The notes under the pieces are model-generated. The model ran no database searches, had not been told where the DNA came from, and was given only the letters and a program-made list of their open reading frames with translations. Position numbers and translations under genes: made by a program. Shown piece after piece: positions 48,612-59,369 of a DNA stretch of 64,000 nt. The stretch is from the NCBI GenBank assembly GCA_003251535.1, contig QKFD01000024.1:97837-161836 (forward strand), written 5' to 3'. Numbering within the stretch: the first letter of the stretch is position 1; each line of letters begins with the position of its first letter. The DNA comes from Chromatiales bacterium (lineage in GTDB: Bacteria > Pseudomonadota > Gammaproteobacteria > Thiohalomonadales > Thiohalomonadaceae).

Positions 48612-48873
48612 CCGGCGGTGACCAACGAGGCGGCAGAGGTCGCTATTTCGTTGTAGGCTTTGCCCCCAGGCGTACGGCCTACCTAGGGGAGAGCGATCCG
48701 AACAGAGGCGGATCGCGGGTTGGGGTCATCAGGTTTCACTTATGGTTCCAATAAAAACACGTGAATATCCTTATGCCATGCCCCTCCGTATAGTACGCCT
48801 CCATTGAGGGGGTCACGCTTGGCAGTGGCCACCTCCTGATAACCACAAACTGACACACACTGAGGGTGAATTC

Positions 48874-50268
48874 ATGGATCAGTCCAATCGTTATGCCCGT
48901 CTTGACCTCAAAGAAGAGGATCTGCTGAAGGGTGGCCGCCACGTCCTGTGCGCCTACCTGATGAAGCCCAAGGCTGGCTACGACTACCTCTCCACCGCTG
49001 CCCACTTTGCCGCTGAATCCTCCACCGGCACCAACGTCGAGGTGTGCACCACCGACGACTTCACCAAGGGTGTGGACGCCCTCGTCTATGAGATCGACGA
49101 GGCCAAGGAGCTGATGAAGATCGCCTACCCGGTGGAGCTGTTCGATCGCAACATCATCGACGGCCGCGCCATGATGGTGAGCTTCATGACCCTCACCATC
49201 GGTAACAACCAGGGCATGGGGGATGTCGAGTACGCCAAGATGCTCGACTTCTACATGCCGCCGAGCCTGCTCAAGCTGTTCGATGGCCCCGCGATGAATA
49301 TCGTGGACATGTGGCGCGTGCTGGACCGCCCCATCACCAACGGTGGCATGGTGGTCGGCACCATCATCAAGCCCAAGCTGGGCCTGCGGCCGCAGCCGTT
49401 CGCCGATGCCTGCCACATGTTCTGGCTGGGTGGTGACTTCATCAAGAACGACGAGCCCCAGGGCAACCAGGTGTTCGCGCCGCTGAAGGATGTGATCCCA
49501 CTCGTGGCCGACGCCATGCGCCGCGCCCAGGACGAGACCGGCGAGGCCAAGATCTTCTCCGCCAACATCACCGCGGACGACCCGTTCGAGATGATCGCCC
49601 GCGGCGAGTACATCCTCGACACCTTCCGCGAGAACGCCTCCCACGTCGCGTTCCTGGTGGATGGCTATGTGGGTGGCCCCTCGGCCATCACCCTGTGCCG
49701 TCGCTACTTCCCCAACCAGTTCCTGCACTACCACCGTGCCGGCCACGGCGCGGTCACCAGTCCGCAGGCCAAGCGTGGTTACAACGCCCTGGTGCACATG
49801 AAGATGTCCCGCCTCCAAGGTGCCTCCGGTATCCACACCGGCACCATGGGCTACGGCAAGATGGAGGGTGACAAGGACGACAAGATCCTCGCCTTCATGC
49901 TGGAGCAGGATGAGGCGATGGGGCTCCACTACAAGCAGAACTGGCTCGGCATGAAGGCCACCACCCCGATCATCTCCGGTGGCATGAACGCCCTGCGTCT
50001 GCCAGGCTTCTTTGACAACCTGGGCCACTCCAACGTCATCCAGACCTCCGGCGGCGGCGCCTTCGGTCACAAGGACGGCGGCACCGCTGGCGCCAAGTCC
50101 CTCAAGCAGGCGCGCGACGCCTGGCTGGCGGGCGTGGACCTGGTGGACTATGCCAAGGATCACCCGGAGCTGAAGGGCGCCTTCGAGACCTTCCAGGCCG
50201 ACGCCGACAAGCTCTACCCGAACTGGCGCGAGAAGTTGGGTGTGACCGCCAGCGCAGCCCACAAATAA
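48874..50268 (+). CDS. cbbM: Ribulose-1,5-bisphosphate carboxylase/oxygenase, form II
   Basis: 464 aa. N-terminal [53 protein letters not shown] and the catalytic GGDFIKNDE / KPKLGL motifs of form II RuBisCO. Confidence 0.95.
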   Translation: MDQSNRYARLDLKEEDLLKGGRHVLCAYLMKPKAGYDYLSTAAHFAAESSTGTNVEVCTTDDFTKGVDALVYEIDEAKELMKIAYPVELFDRNIIDGRAMMVSFMTLTIGNNQGMGDVEYAKMLDFYMPPSLLKLFDGPAMNIVDMWRVLDRPITNGGMVVGTIIKPKLGLRPQPFADACHMFWLGGDFIKNDEPQGNQVFAPLKDVIPLVADAMRRAQDETGEAKIFSANITADDPFEMIARGEYILDTFRENASHVAFLVDGYVGGPSAITLCRRYFPNQFLHYHRAGHGAVTSPQAKRGYNALVHMKMSRLQGASGIHTGTMGYGKMEGDKDDKILAFMLEQDEAMGLHYKQNWLGMKATTPIISGGMNALRLPGFFDNLGHSNVIQTSGGGAFGHKDGGTAGAKSLKQARDAWLAGVDLVDYAKDHPELKGAFETFQADADKLYPNWREKLGVTASAAHK

Positions 50269-50320
50269 CCATAACTAAGCTACGCCCGAACTTTCGCAAG
50301 ACACCCCCCCTTCATTCCAA

Positions 50321-50346
50321 CCCCGGCCGCAAGGCCGGGGTTTTTT
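50321..50346 (+). terminator. Rho-independent terminator after cbbM
   Basis: ccccggcc-gcaa-ggccgggg followed by tttttt. Confidence 0.7.
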
Positions 50347-50350
50347 CGTT

Positions 50351-50815
50351 TTAAGTCCCCCCCTCAAAGCCGCACTGGCGCCACGCCTCATAGACCACCA
50401 CCGCCACCGCATTGGAGAGGTTGAGGCTGCGACTGCCGGGGCGCATCGGCAGCCGCAGGCGCTGTTCGGCAGGCAGGCTATCGAGCAGCGCCACCGGGAG
50501 ACCACGGCTCTCTGGACCAAATAGGAGGGCGTCCCCCGCCATAAACTGGGCGCTGGTATGGAGGCAACTGCCGCGGGTGGTCATGGCGAATAGCCGGCGC
50601 GGGGTCACCGCGGCGAGGAACGCCTCCAGGTGGGGGTGGACTGCCACGGCGGCGTACTCGTGGTAGTCGAGCCCGGCGCGCCGCAGACGGGCGTCGTCCA
50701 GGACAAAGCCGAGGGGCTCGATGAGGTGGAGGCGGGCACCGGTGTTGGCGCACAGGCGGATGATGTTGCCGGTGTTGGGGGGGATCTCCGGCTCAAAAAG
50801 GGCGACATGGAACAT
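50351..50815 (-). CDS. trmL: tRNA (cytidine/uridine-2'-O)-methyltransferase TrmL (SpoU family)
   Basis: 154 aa. [38 protein letters not shown]-terminus. Confidence 0.85.
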   Translation of the reverse strand: MFHVALFEPEIPPNTGNIIRLCANTGARLHLIEPLGFVLDDARLRRAGLDYHEYAAVAVHPHLEAFLAAVTPRRLFAMTTRGSCLHTSAQFMAGDALLFGPESRGLPVALLDSLPAEQRLRLPMRPGSRSLNLSNAVAVVVYEAWRQCGFEGGT

Positions 50816-50897
50816 CGGGCGGCAGCGGTGTGCGGTATAGTAGCGGCCGTTTTTCTCGGCCGATGGGGGGTTGAAGGTGGAGACTCAGGACAGAAAC

Positions 50898-51842
50898 ATG
50901 CTGGCCCTCGAATTCTGCGGTATGCGCTTCGCTACACCGCTGGTACTACTCTCCGGTTGTGTCGGATTTGGCGAGGAGTATACCCGTGTTGCCGGCTTCA
51001 CCAACCGCGCGGCCGGCGCCGTCTGCCTCAAGGGGACCACCCTAGAGCCACGCCTCGGCAACGCCGCTCACCGCATCTACGAGACCCCCTGTGGGATGCT
51101 GAACGCCATCGGCCTCCAGAATCCAGGGGCGCGCCATGTGGTGGAACAGATCCTCCCCAGCCTCGACTTCAGCGAGACCCGCTTCATCGCCAACATCTCC
51201 GGCTCCACGGTGGAGGAGTACGCTGAGGTGGCGCGCATCTTCGACAACTCCCCCATCGATGCCATCGAGATCAACATCTCCTGCCCCAACGTCAAGGCGG
51301 GTGGGGTGGCCTTTGGCAACGACCCGGAGATGTCGGCCCGGGTGGTGGAGGCGGTGCGGGCGGCCACCCGCAAACCCATCATCACCAAGCTCTCCCCCAA
51401 CCAGACCGACATCGCCGGCAATGCTCGACGCTGCATCGAGGCCGGCACCGACGCCTTTGCCGCCATCAACACCCTGATGGGCATGGCCATCGACATCGAA
51501 AGCCGCACACCGCTACTCGGCAACAACCAGGGCGGCCTCTCCGGTCCAGCCATCAAACCGGTGGCGCTGCTGCGCACCCATCAGGTCTATCAGGTCTGTC
51601 GTCCCCACGGCATCCCCATCATCGGTCAAGGGGGGATCACCAGCGCCGAGGACGCCCTTGAGTTCCTCATCGCCGGCGCCTCCGCCGTCGGCATCGGCAC
51701 GGCCCTCTTCTACGACCCGGGCATACTGCCGAAGATCAATGCCGGCATCGTGGACTATTTGCAGCGCCATGGCCTCACCGAAGTGGCCCAGCTCACCGGC
51801 ACCTTAACCTTGAACGACCGTCGCCCTGGCTGCGGCTGTTGA
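50898..51842 (+). CDS. pyrD: Dihydroorotate dehydrogenase, class 1 catalytic subunit-like
   Basis: NAIGLQNPG and IEINISCPN(V) motifs. Start chosen at MLALEF. The ORF begins at 50871. Confidence 0.7.
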   Translation: MLALEFCGMRFATPLVLLSGCVGFGEEYTRVAGFTNRAAGAVCLKGTTLEPRLGNAAHRIYETPCGMLNAIGLQNPGARHVVEQILPSLDFSETRFIANISGSTVEEYAEVARIFDNSPIDAIEINISCPNVKAGGVAFGNDPEMSARVVEAVRAATRKPIITKLSPNQTDIAGNARRCIEAGTDAFAAINTLMGMAIDIESRTPLLGNNQGGLSGPAIKPVALLRTHQVYQVCRPHGIPIIGQGGITSAEDALEFLIAGASAVGIGTALFYDPGILPKINAGIVDYLQRHGLTEVAQLTGTLTLNDRRPGCGC

Positions 51843-52074
51843 TCTCTTAGGGGCAGCGAGCGCCCTGCGCCGGGCAAGGATGGCCCCAAGGTCCAGGTGC
51901 GAACGGCGAGTAGTCGGTGGAACGGGATGACAGTGGGGCGGTCAGAAGCGATATTGCGGTCGGCTTTCGTCTTCAGGAAGAGTAAGATGGCCGTTACGAT
52001 TCACCCTCTACGACCACCGCGGCCCACCCCCAGGCCGCTCCGGTGGCCACCGACGAGCCGCCCAGGTACGCGCG

Positions 52075-53247
52075 ATGTTTGCCCGACTCCTTGCCCTGCT
52101 CCTGCTGCTACTTGTTGCCCTACCCAGCGCTGCCACCGATCACCCGCCGGTGCTGATCGGGTTAGACGCAGAGTTCGGCCATCTCACCAGCACCTCGGCC
52201 CAGGCGGTGGAGCGGGGGATCCGCATCGCCATGGACGAGATCAACGCCGCTGGCGGGGTCTTGGGGGGGCGGCCACTGGCCCTGGTGACCACCGACAACC
52301 GTTCAATCCCCCTCATCGGCAAGGATAACTTCCGCCAGCTGGCGGCCATGCCAGACCTCGTAGCGGTGTTTGGCGGCAAGTTCAGCCCGGTCTACGTTGA
52401 GTGTGTCCCCCTAGCCCACGAGCTGGCGCTACCGCTGCTCGATCCGTGGGGCTCGGCCGATCCCATCACCGACCACGGCCACACCCCTAGTTACACCTTC
52501 CGCCTATCGCTGAAAGATACCTGGGCCGCCCCTGCCATGCTCAACTTTGCCCGGCAGGCCCACGGCGCCACCCGGATCGGTGTGCTGCTCCCCCATACCG
52601 CTTGGGGTCGCAGTAACCTCACCGCCTTGGAGCGGGCCGCGGCCCAAGGGGGGACCCAGCTGGTGGCGACCCGTTGGTATAACTGGGGTGACAGCAGCCT
52701 GATGACTCAATATCAGGAGATGCGCCGCGCCGGTGCGGAGGCGGTGGTGCTGGTGGCCAATGAGACAGAGGGCTCGCTCTTCGTCCGTGAGTTGGCGGCC
52801 CTGCCAAAAGAGCAGCGCCTCCCCATCGTCAGCCACTGGGGTATCACCGGCGGTGAGTTCGTCAAACTGAGCGGCGAGGCGCTCCAGGCGGTGGACCTGG
52901 CGGTGATCCAGACCTTCAGCTTTATCGATCAGCAGACCCCCATCACCGCCCGGGTACTGGCGAAGCTAGACCAAGCGTATGGGATCCCGACGGCGGCGGC
53001 GGTGAAGAGCCCCGTCGGGATCGCCCAGGCCTACGACCTCACCCACCTGTTGGCACGCGCCATCGATCGCGCCGGCTCGACCGATCGCCGCGCCATCCGC
53101 GACGCCTTGGAGCAACTTGGCCCTTACGACGGCCTGGTGCGCCGCTATGATCCCCCCTTTACCTCTCAACGCCACGATGCCCTCTCAGCGCAAGACCTGT
53201 TTTTCGCCCGCTACACCACCCATGACGAGCTGATCCCCATTCGCTGA
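52075..53247 (+). CDS. Periplasmic substrate-binding protein, LivK/branched-chain amino acid-binding (type I PBP) family
   Basis: Signal peptide MFARLLALLLLLLVALPSAA. 390 aa with a type I PBP fold pattern. Confidence 0.7.
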   Translation: MFARLLALLLLLLVALPSAATDHPPVLIGLDAEFGHLTSTSAQAVERGIRIAMDEINAAGGVLGGRPLALVTTDNRSIPLIGKDNFRQLAAMPDLVAVFGGKFSPVYVECVPLAHELALPLLDPWGSADPITDHGHTPSYTFRLSLKDTWAAPAMLNFARQAHGATRIGVLLPHTAWGRSNLTALERAAAQGGTQLVATRWYNWGDSSLMTQYQEMRRAGAEAVVLVANETEGSLFVRELAALPKEQRLPIVSHWGITGGEFVKLSGEALQAVDLAVIQTFSFIDQQTPITARVLAKLDQAYGIPTAAAVKSPVGIAQAYDLTHLLARAIDRAGSTDRRAIRDALEQLGPYDGLVRRYDPPFTSQRHDALSAQDLFFARYTTHDELIPIR

Positions 53248-53261
53248 CCGGAACCGCTCCT

Positions 53262-56200
53262 GTGGCCAGCCCTCCCCCTGCGCACGGCATCGACCCCGCC
53301 AACTCCCTCACCACCCGGTTCCGCCGGGCCGCCTTCTCGCTCACCATGTTGGTGGTGATCTGTATTGGCCTCACCTCCCTGCTGCTCTCGCTGTGGGAGA
53401 TCCCGCGCAAAGAGGAGACGCTCCACAACAACACCTTGCGGGTGATCGGGGTGCGGATGGTCGCCGACATCCGCAGTCGCCTGAACAATGTGCGGCAGTT
53501 GAGCCAAAGCTCAATGGTCTGGACCGCCCTCACCGACACCTCAGATCGGGAGATGTATCTCAAACCCTATCTGGCAGGGCTGGGTCAGGACGACGCCGAG
53601 CTTGGGGTGGTACTACTCGACTATCGGGGGCGACTCACCGCCGGTGAACTGCACTACGCCCTGACCGATCCGGATCTGATCCGGCTGGTGGAGGGGGTGC
53701 TGAAGGATAAGCGCTCCCACCTGTTGGTCCACCCCCACGATGCCACCCTGCTGGCCGCCTACCCGGTCCTCTACCCCTACACCCAGGATGCCATCGGGGT
53801 GCTGCTGGGCGGCTTCGATCTGCGCACCATGTTTGCCACCGACGTCGCCGGACTCGACCATGGCCACGGCGTGGCGTTACGGCACAACGGCCAACCCATC
53901 GTCCGCGTGCCGGAGCCCCCGCCCGCGGCCTTCTTTCCGGTACGCACCCCGCTCCTGCTGCCAGAGCTGGCCAGCGGCACCCACCTGGAGCTGGAGCTCT
54001 ACTCCCTCGACTACGACTGGCTGATGCCGCCCCTGGAGCAGCTGCTCATCTACCTGGTGGTCGGCTGGGGGGTCGCTACCCTCGTCTGGCCGCTCAGCGA
54101 GCGGCTGGCCGGCACCCTGACCAACCGCCTCAATCAATTGGTCTACGTCTGCACCCAGGTGGCCGAGGGCCGCCCACTGCTACCGGAGGTGCAGCCGGGG
54201 AGTGATGAGATCGCCCTACTCTCGCGCACCCTGCACGACGCCCTGTTGGCCCTGCGCCAGATCCAGGATCACCTGGAGGAGCGGGTGGAGGAGCGGACGC
54301 GGGCGCTGCAAGAGAGCGAGGAGCGCTACCGCCAAGGGTTTGAGATCAACACCGCCGTCAAGCTGCTCATCAACCCTGAAGATGGCAGCGTCGTCGATGC
54401 CAACGAGGCGGCTTGTGCCTTCTATGGCTACAGCCGGGCACAGCTGTTGGAGATGAAGGTCAGCGATATCAACATCCTCTCGCCGGAGGCGATCCGGACC
54501 GAGATGGAGAACGCCCTCGCCGAGCATCGACTCTATTTTCGCTTCCAGCACCGCCTCGCGTCGGGGGAGATCCGCGATGTCGAGGTCTATTCAGGCCCCA
54601 TCACGGTACGCCATCGGCGCCTGCTCCACTCCATCATCCATGACGTCACTGAGCGGCGCCGGGCGGTGGCGGCGCTACGCGAGAGTGAGCGGCGCTTCCG
54701 TACCTACGTCGAAAGTTCACCGGTGCCGGTGGCGGTGGTGGATGCCCACGGCGACTACCAAGAGGCCAATCCGGCAGCGCTGGCGATGCTCGGTTACGAT
54801 CTACCCACCCTCCGCAGCAAAAACTTCTTTGACCTCGCCCCGGCGGAGGAGCGCGAGGCGCTCCAACAGCGTTTCGCCACCCTCATGGCCACTGGCCACA
54901 TGGAGGGCGATATCCAGCGGGTCTGTGCCGACGGTTCGGTTATCTGGATCACGGTACGGGCGGTGGCCATTGAACAGGGGCGCTTTCTGCTCTTTGCCCA
55001 GGACATCACCCAGCGCAAGCGGGATGAGCAGGTCCTGCGCGACAGCCAGGCGCGTTACCAGACCCTTTTTGAATCGATGGCCGATGCCCTCTTTGTCTAC
55101 GAGATCGAACCCATCACCCAACTCGGTCAGCTCATCGAGTGCAACCAATTCGCGGTCGATTACACCGGCTACAGTCGGGCCGAGCTGCTAGGCAAAAACC
55201 TGCGGGATCTGGAGGCCCCCAACAGCGAGGTGAAGCTCGCCGCCATGGTCCAGACGCTACACGCCGGGCAGGCCATCAGCTTTGAACAGATCCATCTGAG
55301 TCAACAGGGGGAGCCGATCCCGGTGGAGATCCACGCCCACGCCTTCCTCCTGGAGGGGCGCCAGGTTGCCATCTCCATCGTGCGCGATATCCGCGAGCGC
55401 AAGCGCTCAGAAGCGGCCCTACGGCAGGCGGAGGAGAAGTACCGCTCCGTGGTGGAGAGCATCAAACAGGGGGTCTTCCAGATCGACAACACCAACCGCT
55501 GGAGTTATCTCAATCCGGCGTGGGAGGAGATCACCGGCTTTACGGTGGCTGAGGTGTTGGGACACAACAGCGCCGACGCGCTGCTCCCGACGGATCGGGC
55601 CCGCTACCTCAAGACCTTGGCACCGTTATTTGCCCACCAGGCCCCCCTCTGCCGCGACCAGTTCCGCTTTCTGTACCACAGCGGGGGCTACCGCTGGGTC
55701 GAGCTGTTTGCACAAGCCACCAGCGATAGCGCCGGCCACTATAACGGGATCTCCGGCACCCTCACCGACATCACCGAACGGCGAGCGGCAGAGACCCAAC
55801 TCCGACTCGCGGCCAGCGTCTTCCAACACAGCCACGAGGGGATCGTGCTCACCGACCGCGAGGCGCGCATCATCGATGTCAACGACGCCTTCACCCGCAT
55901 CACTGGCTATAGCCGTCACGAGGTGGTGGGGCAGAATCCGCGCTTTCTCAAATCGGGCCATCAGGATCCCACCTTCTACGCCAACCTTTGGCAGGCGCTG
56001 GAGCAGCGCGGCTTCTGGCAAGGGGAGGTGTGGAATCGGAGCAAGCAAGGCGAGGTCTACCCTGAACTCCTCACCATCTCCGCGGTACACGACGAGCAGG
56101 GTGGCACCAGCCACTACGTTGGGGTCTTCGCCGACATCTCCCCGCTCAAGAGCCATGAACAGCAGCTGGAGCGGATCGCCCACTACGATGCCCTGACCCA

Positions 56201-57506
56201 GCTCCCCAACCGCATCCTGCTGGCGGACCGAATGCAACAGGCATTGGCCCAAGCCAAGCGCGCCGGCCATCGGGTGGCGGTCTGCTACCTCGATCTAGAC
56301 GGCTTTAAGGCGGTCAACGACACCCGTGGCCACGCCGCCGGCGATGAGCTACTGACAGAGGTGGCACGCCGCCTCAAGGCGTGGGTGCGGGAGGGCGACA
56401 CCGTGGCACGCCTCGGTGGCGATGAGTTTGTGCTGCTGCTGTTGGGACTGGAGTCGGTGGATCAGTGCGAGGAGATCCTCGCGCGAGTCAACCACGCGAT
56501 AGCCGAACCGGTATTCCTCTCGGGTACCCCGGTGAGCGTCTCCGCCAGCATCGGCGTCGCCCTCTTTCCCGATACCGATGGTGATGCCGATACCCTCCTG
56601 CGCTACGCCGATCAGGCGATGTACGGCGCCAAGGAGGCGGGCAAGAATCGCTTCCAGCTGGTGAGCATGGAGCAGGATCGCTATGCCCGCCGGCGCCGCG
56701 CCCTACTGCGGGAGTTGGATCTAGCACTAGAGCGGAATGAGCTGCTGCTCCACTACCAACCCAAGGTCAATCTACACAACGGCCAAGTGGTGGGGGTGGA
56801 GGCGCTGCTCCGCTGGCGCCACCCCAAGCGCGGCCTCCTCGCGCCCAATAGCTTTTTGTTTGATCTCAACCACGCCCCCCTGGAGATCCGCATCGGCCGC
56901 TGGGTGCTGGAGAGCACCCTGGCCCAAGGGGAGCAGTGGCGGGCGAATGGCCTCACCCTGGGGCTCAGCGTCAACATCTCCGCCCCCCACCTGGAGGCGG
57001 GCGACTTCCCCGATCACATCGAGCAGCTAATGGCGCAGTACCCCTGGGCCAAGGGGCGATTCGAGTTGGAGGTGCTGGAGAGCGCCGCAGTGGAGGATAT
57101 CGATCGGGTAGCGCAGCTGATGCGGGCCTGCCAGGCGGCTGGGGTCAGCTTCGCCCTGGATGATTTCGGGACCGGCTACTCCTCCCTCACCTACTTCCGG
57201 CGACTACCGGCGGAGACGTTGAAGATCGATAAGTCGTTCGTCATCACCATGCTGGAGAACAGCGATGACCACGCCATTGTTGAAGGGGTGCTCGGACTCA
57301 CCACGGCCTTTGGCCGCACCGCCATTGCTGAAGGGGTGGAGAGCGCCGCCCACGGCCATGAGCTGATGCGGCTCGGCTGCCACCTGGTCCAGGGCTATGG
57401 TATTGCGCCACCGATGCCGGCAGAGGAGATCCCCGCCTGGGTCAACCACTGGAATGCCCACCCCGAACAGCGGCTGGGGTCATCGAGTAGTGAGAGAGCC
57501 GATTGA
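53262..57506 (+). CDS. Membrane sensor with five PAS/PAC domains, GGDEF diguanylate cyclase and EAL phosphodiesterase domains
   Basis: 1414 aa. RLGGDEFVLLL (GGDEF), EALLRWRHP (EAL), and multiple PAS blocks. Starts 15 nt after the substrate-binding protein gene. Confidence 0.85.
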   Translation: MASPPPAHGIDPANSLTTRFRRAAFSLTMLVVICIGLTSLLLSLWEIPRKEETLHNNTLRVIGVRMVADIRSRLNNVRQLSQSSMVWTALTDTSDREMYLKPYLAGLGQDDAELGVVLLDYRGRLTAGELHYALTDPDLIRLVEGVLKDKRSHLLVHPHDATLLAAYPVLYPYTQDAIGVLLGGFDLRTMFATDVAGLDHGHGVALRHNGQPIVRVPEPPPAAFFPVRTPLLLPELASGTHLELELYSLDYDWLMPPLEQLLIYLVVGWGVATLVWPLSERLAGTLTNRLNQLVYVCTQVAEGRPLLPEVQPGSDEIALLSRTLHDALLALRQIQDHLEERVEERTRALQESEERYRQGFEINTAVKLLINPEDGSVVDANEAACAFYGYSRAQLLEMKVSDINILSPEAIRTEMENALAEHRLYFRFQHRLASGEIRDVEVYSGPITVRHRRLLHSIIHDVTERRRAVAALRESERRFRTYVESSPVPVAVVDAHGDYQEANPAALAMLGYDLPTLRSKNFFDLAPAEEREALQQRFATLMATGHMEGDIQRVCADGSVIWITVRAVAIEQGRFLLFAQDITQRKRDEQVLRDSQARYQTLFESMADALFVYEIEPITQLGQLIECNQFAVDYTGYSRAELLGKNLRDLEAPNSEVKLAAMVQTLHAGQAISFEQIHLSQQGEPIPVEIHAHAFLLEGRQVAISIVRDIRERKRSEAALRQAEEKYRSVVESIKQGVFQIDNTNRWSYLNPAWEEITGFTVAEVLGHNSADALLPTDRARYLKTLAPLFAHQAPLCRDQFRFLYHSGGYRWVELFAQATSDSAGHYNGISGTLTDITERRAAETQLRLAASVFQHSHEGIVLTDREARIIDVNDAFTRITGYSRHEVVGQNPRFLKSGHQDPTFYANLWQALEQRGFWQGEVWNRSKQGEVYPELLTISAVHDEQGGTSHYVGVFADISPLKSHEQQLERIAHYDALTQLPNRILLADRMQQALAQAKRAGHRVAVCYLDLDGFKAVNDTRGHAAGDELLTEVARRLKAWVREGDTVARLGGDEFVLLLLGLESVDQCEEILARVNHAIAEPVFLSGTPVSVSASIGVALFPDTDGDADTLLRYADQAMYGAKEAGKNRFQLVSMEQDRYARRRRALLRELDLALERNELLLHYQPKVNLHNGQVVGVEALLRWRHPKRGLLAPNSFLFDLNHAPLEIRIGRWVLESTLAQGEQWRANGLTLGLSVNISAPHLEAGDFPDHIEQLMAQYPWAKGRFELEVLESAAVEDIDRVAQLMRACQAAGVSFALDDFGTGYSSLTYFRRLPAETLKIDKSFVITMLENSDDHAIVEGVLGLTTAFGRTAIAEGVESAAHGHELMRLGCHLVQGYGIAPPMPAEEIPAWVNHWNAHPEQRLGSSSSERAD

Positions 57507-57560
57507 GAGATGATGTGGTGTGGTCCCCGCCGCCATGGGCGGGGACCATGCAGGAGGTGC

Positions 57561-59369
57561 TCAGGAGGCCTCGCGCAGCGCCTGCTGCGATTGGTGGTAG
57601 GCGATAAACGCCTCCGCCTCCGCCTTACCCATGTAGCGCGCTAACACCTTCGGTTCGGTGTTGCGCAGGTCCACCATGATGAGGCCATCCAGGGCATCAT
57701 TGAAGTCGGGATCGACATTAAAGCCGAGCAACTTGCCACCCATCTTGAGGTACTGGCGCAGCAAGATAGGCACCCCCTTATTGTCCTCCTCGATGGAGGC
57801 CACCAACTCCGAGATCCCCTCTAGATCCTTCACCACCCGATACTCTTCGGCGTGGAAGTGGCGCCGCTTGGCCCCTCGGAATGGGCGGCGTGGCTTCACC
57901 ATACGGGCCAGTTGCGGGAGGAAACTGTTGCCCTTCAGAAAGTCCACCAGCAGCTGCTGCGAGAGGGTGGCGTACTCGTTGGAGATAGAGACCGGCCCAA
58001 ACAGGATGCGATAGCGGGGGTGGGCGGCGATGAAGGCACCGATCCCCTTCCACAACATCAGCAGCGGTGAGTAGCTGCGCTGGTATTCGGGACGGACAAA
58101 GGAGCGCCCCAGCTCAATGGCCGGATTCAACTCATCCAGTAGCCGGCGGCGATAGCGGAACAGCGACTGGGTATAGAGCCCACGCTTGCCGAACTTGGCA
58201 ACGATGTCGTCGGCCAGGCCGAGTCGATAGGCGCCGACCAACTCCTGCTTCTCCTCCTGCCAGACAAACAGATGCAGATAGTAGGCGTCGTAGAGATCGA
58301 TATCCCGCGAGCGGCCAGTCCCCTCCCCCGTGGCGCGGAAGGTAAGCTCCCGCAACCGGCCGATCTCCTGCATCAGCCACGGCACCTGCGCCGCCTTGGC
58401 GTAGTAGACCGCCATACCGCCGCTCCGCTCCAGACACTGCCCCGCCGGCAGCGCCGCCACCTCAGCGGCCAGTAGTGATGCGGGTGCCGCCTCTGCCAGC
58501 GGCTCACCATCGACACTAGTGCCCCCCTTGGCGAGGGCAGCCGCCGCAGTGCGCGCCTTGTCACCCAAGGCGTAACTGCGCAGCCGCAGCTGGCACATCA
58601 GCGCCTCATCCGAGTCGATCGCCTCCAACTTACTGAAGGGGATTGGCTGGCCAAAGGAGAAGTGGATTGCGCGGTTCTCCTTGTTGATGAACTCGCGCAC
58701 CAACATGAAGGTGCGGACCCGCGGATGGAGCATCCCCAAGAGCTGGAATGGCGCACCGTTCTGACCATGGACAAAGGTGGGGATCACCGGCGCCCCCGCC
58801 ATGCGGATAATGCGGGCGATGGTGGGGCTCCAGAGGGGATCGGTCACCCGCAGCCGCTGGAGATCAAAATGGGAGACCTCACCCGCCGGGAAGATCACCA
58901 GCAAGCCGCCACCGCGCACCCACCGCACCGCCTCCCGCAGGGGACGGGAGTTGGTGCGGGTGGCCGTCTGGCCGCCAAAGGGATCGACACCGATAAATAG
59001 CTCGGCCAGCTCCGGGATACGTTGCAGCAGTCCGTTGGCCATCAGCTTCACATCCGGCCGGATCCGCCGCAGCACCTCCGCCAACAGCACCCCCTCCACA
59101 CCACCAAATGGGTGGTTGGCCACCAGCACCGCGCCCCCCTCTCTGGGGATCCGCTCCAGCTCCCGCGCCACAACCTCCGAGCGAAAACCGAACAGCGTGA
59201 TCACCTGCTGCAAAAATTCGTCACAGCCCTCGGCTGGGGGCAAGGTCTTATAGAGCTGACTCAAATAGTCGAGGCCAGACACCTTTTCCATCAGGTACTC
59301 GACCCAGGAGAGACGCCCGGCGAGGGCCCCCTTGAGACGAAACGGCTCCGCTTTGACGACGTGCGACAT
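57561..59369 (-). CDS. Bifunctional acyltransferase: N-terminal PlsC-like O-acyltransferase plus C-terminal OlsB-like GNAT N-acyltransferase (OlsF-like ornithine-lipid synthase candidate)
   Basis: N-terminal domain has an HX4D-like block (VANHPFGGVEG). C-terminal domain resembles OlsB/haemolysin-like N-acyltransferases (GAYRLGLADDIV...). Start chosen at MSHVVKAEPF with GGAGTGGA Shine-Dalgarno, giving 602 aa. Confidence 0.5.
   Translation of the reverse strand: MSHVVKAEPFRLKGALAGRLSWVEYLMEKVSGLDYLSQLYKTLPPAEGCDEFLQQVITLFGFRSEVVARELERIPREGGAVLVANHPFGGVEGVLLAEVLRRIRPDVKLMANGLLQRIPELAELFIGVDPFGGQTATRTNSRPLREAVRWVRGGGLLVIFPAGEVSHFDLQRLRVTDPLWSPTIARIIRMAGAPVIPTFVHGQNGAPFQLLGMLHPRVRTFMLVREFINKENRAIHFSFGQPIPFSKLEAIDSDEALMCQLRLRSYALGDKARTAAAALAKGGTSVDGEPLAEAAPASLLAAEVAALPAGQCLERSGGMAVYYAKAAQVPWLMQEIGRLRELTFRATGEGTGRSRDIDLYDAYYLHLFVWQEEKQELVGAYRLGLADDIVAKFGKRGLYTQSLFRYRRRLLDELNPAIELGRSFVRPEYQRSYSPLLMLWKGIGAFIAAHPRYRILFGPVSISNEYATLSQQLLVDFLKGNSFLPQLARMVKPRRPFRGAKRRHFHAEEYRVVKDLEGISELVASIEEDNKGVPILLRQYLKMGGKLLGFNVDPDFNDALDGLIMVDLRNTEPKVLARYMGKAEAEAFIAYHQSQQALREAS

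Noticed and set aside
48736-50262. 508-aa minus-strand ORF
   Set aside because: It is antisense to cbbM (form II RuBisCO).
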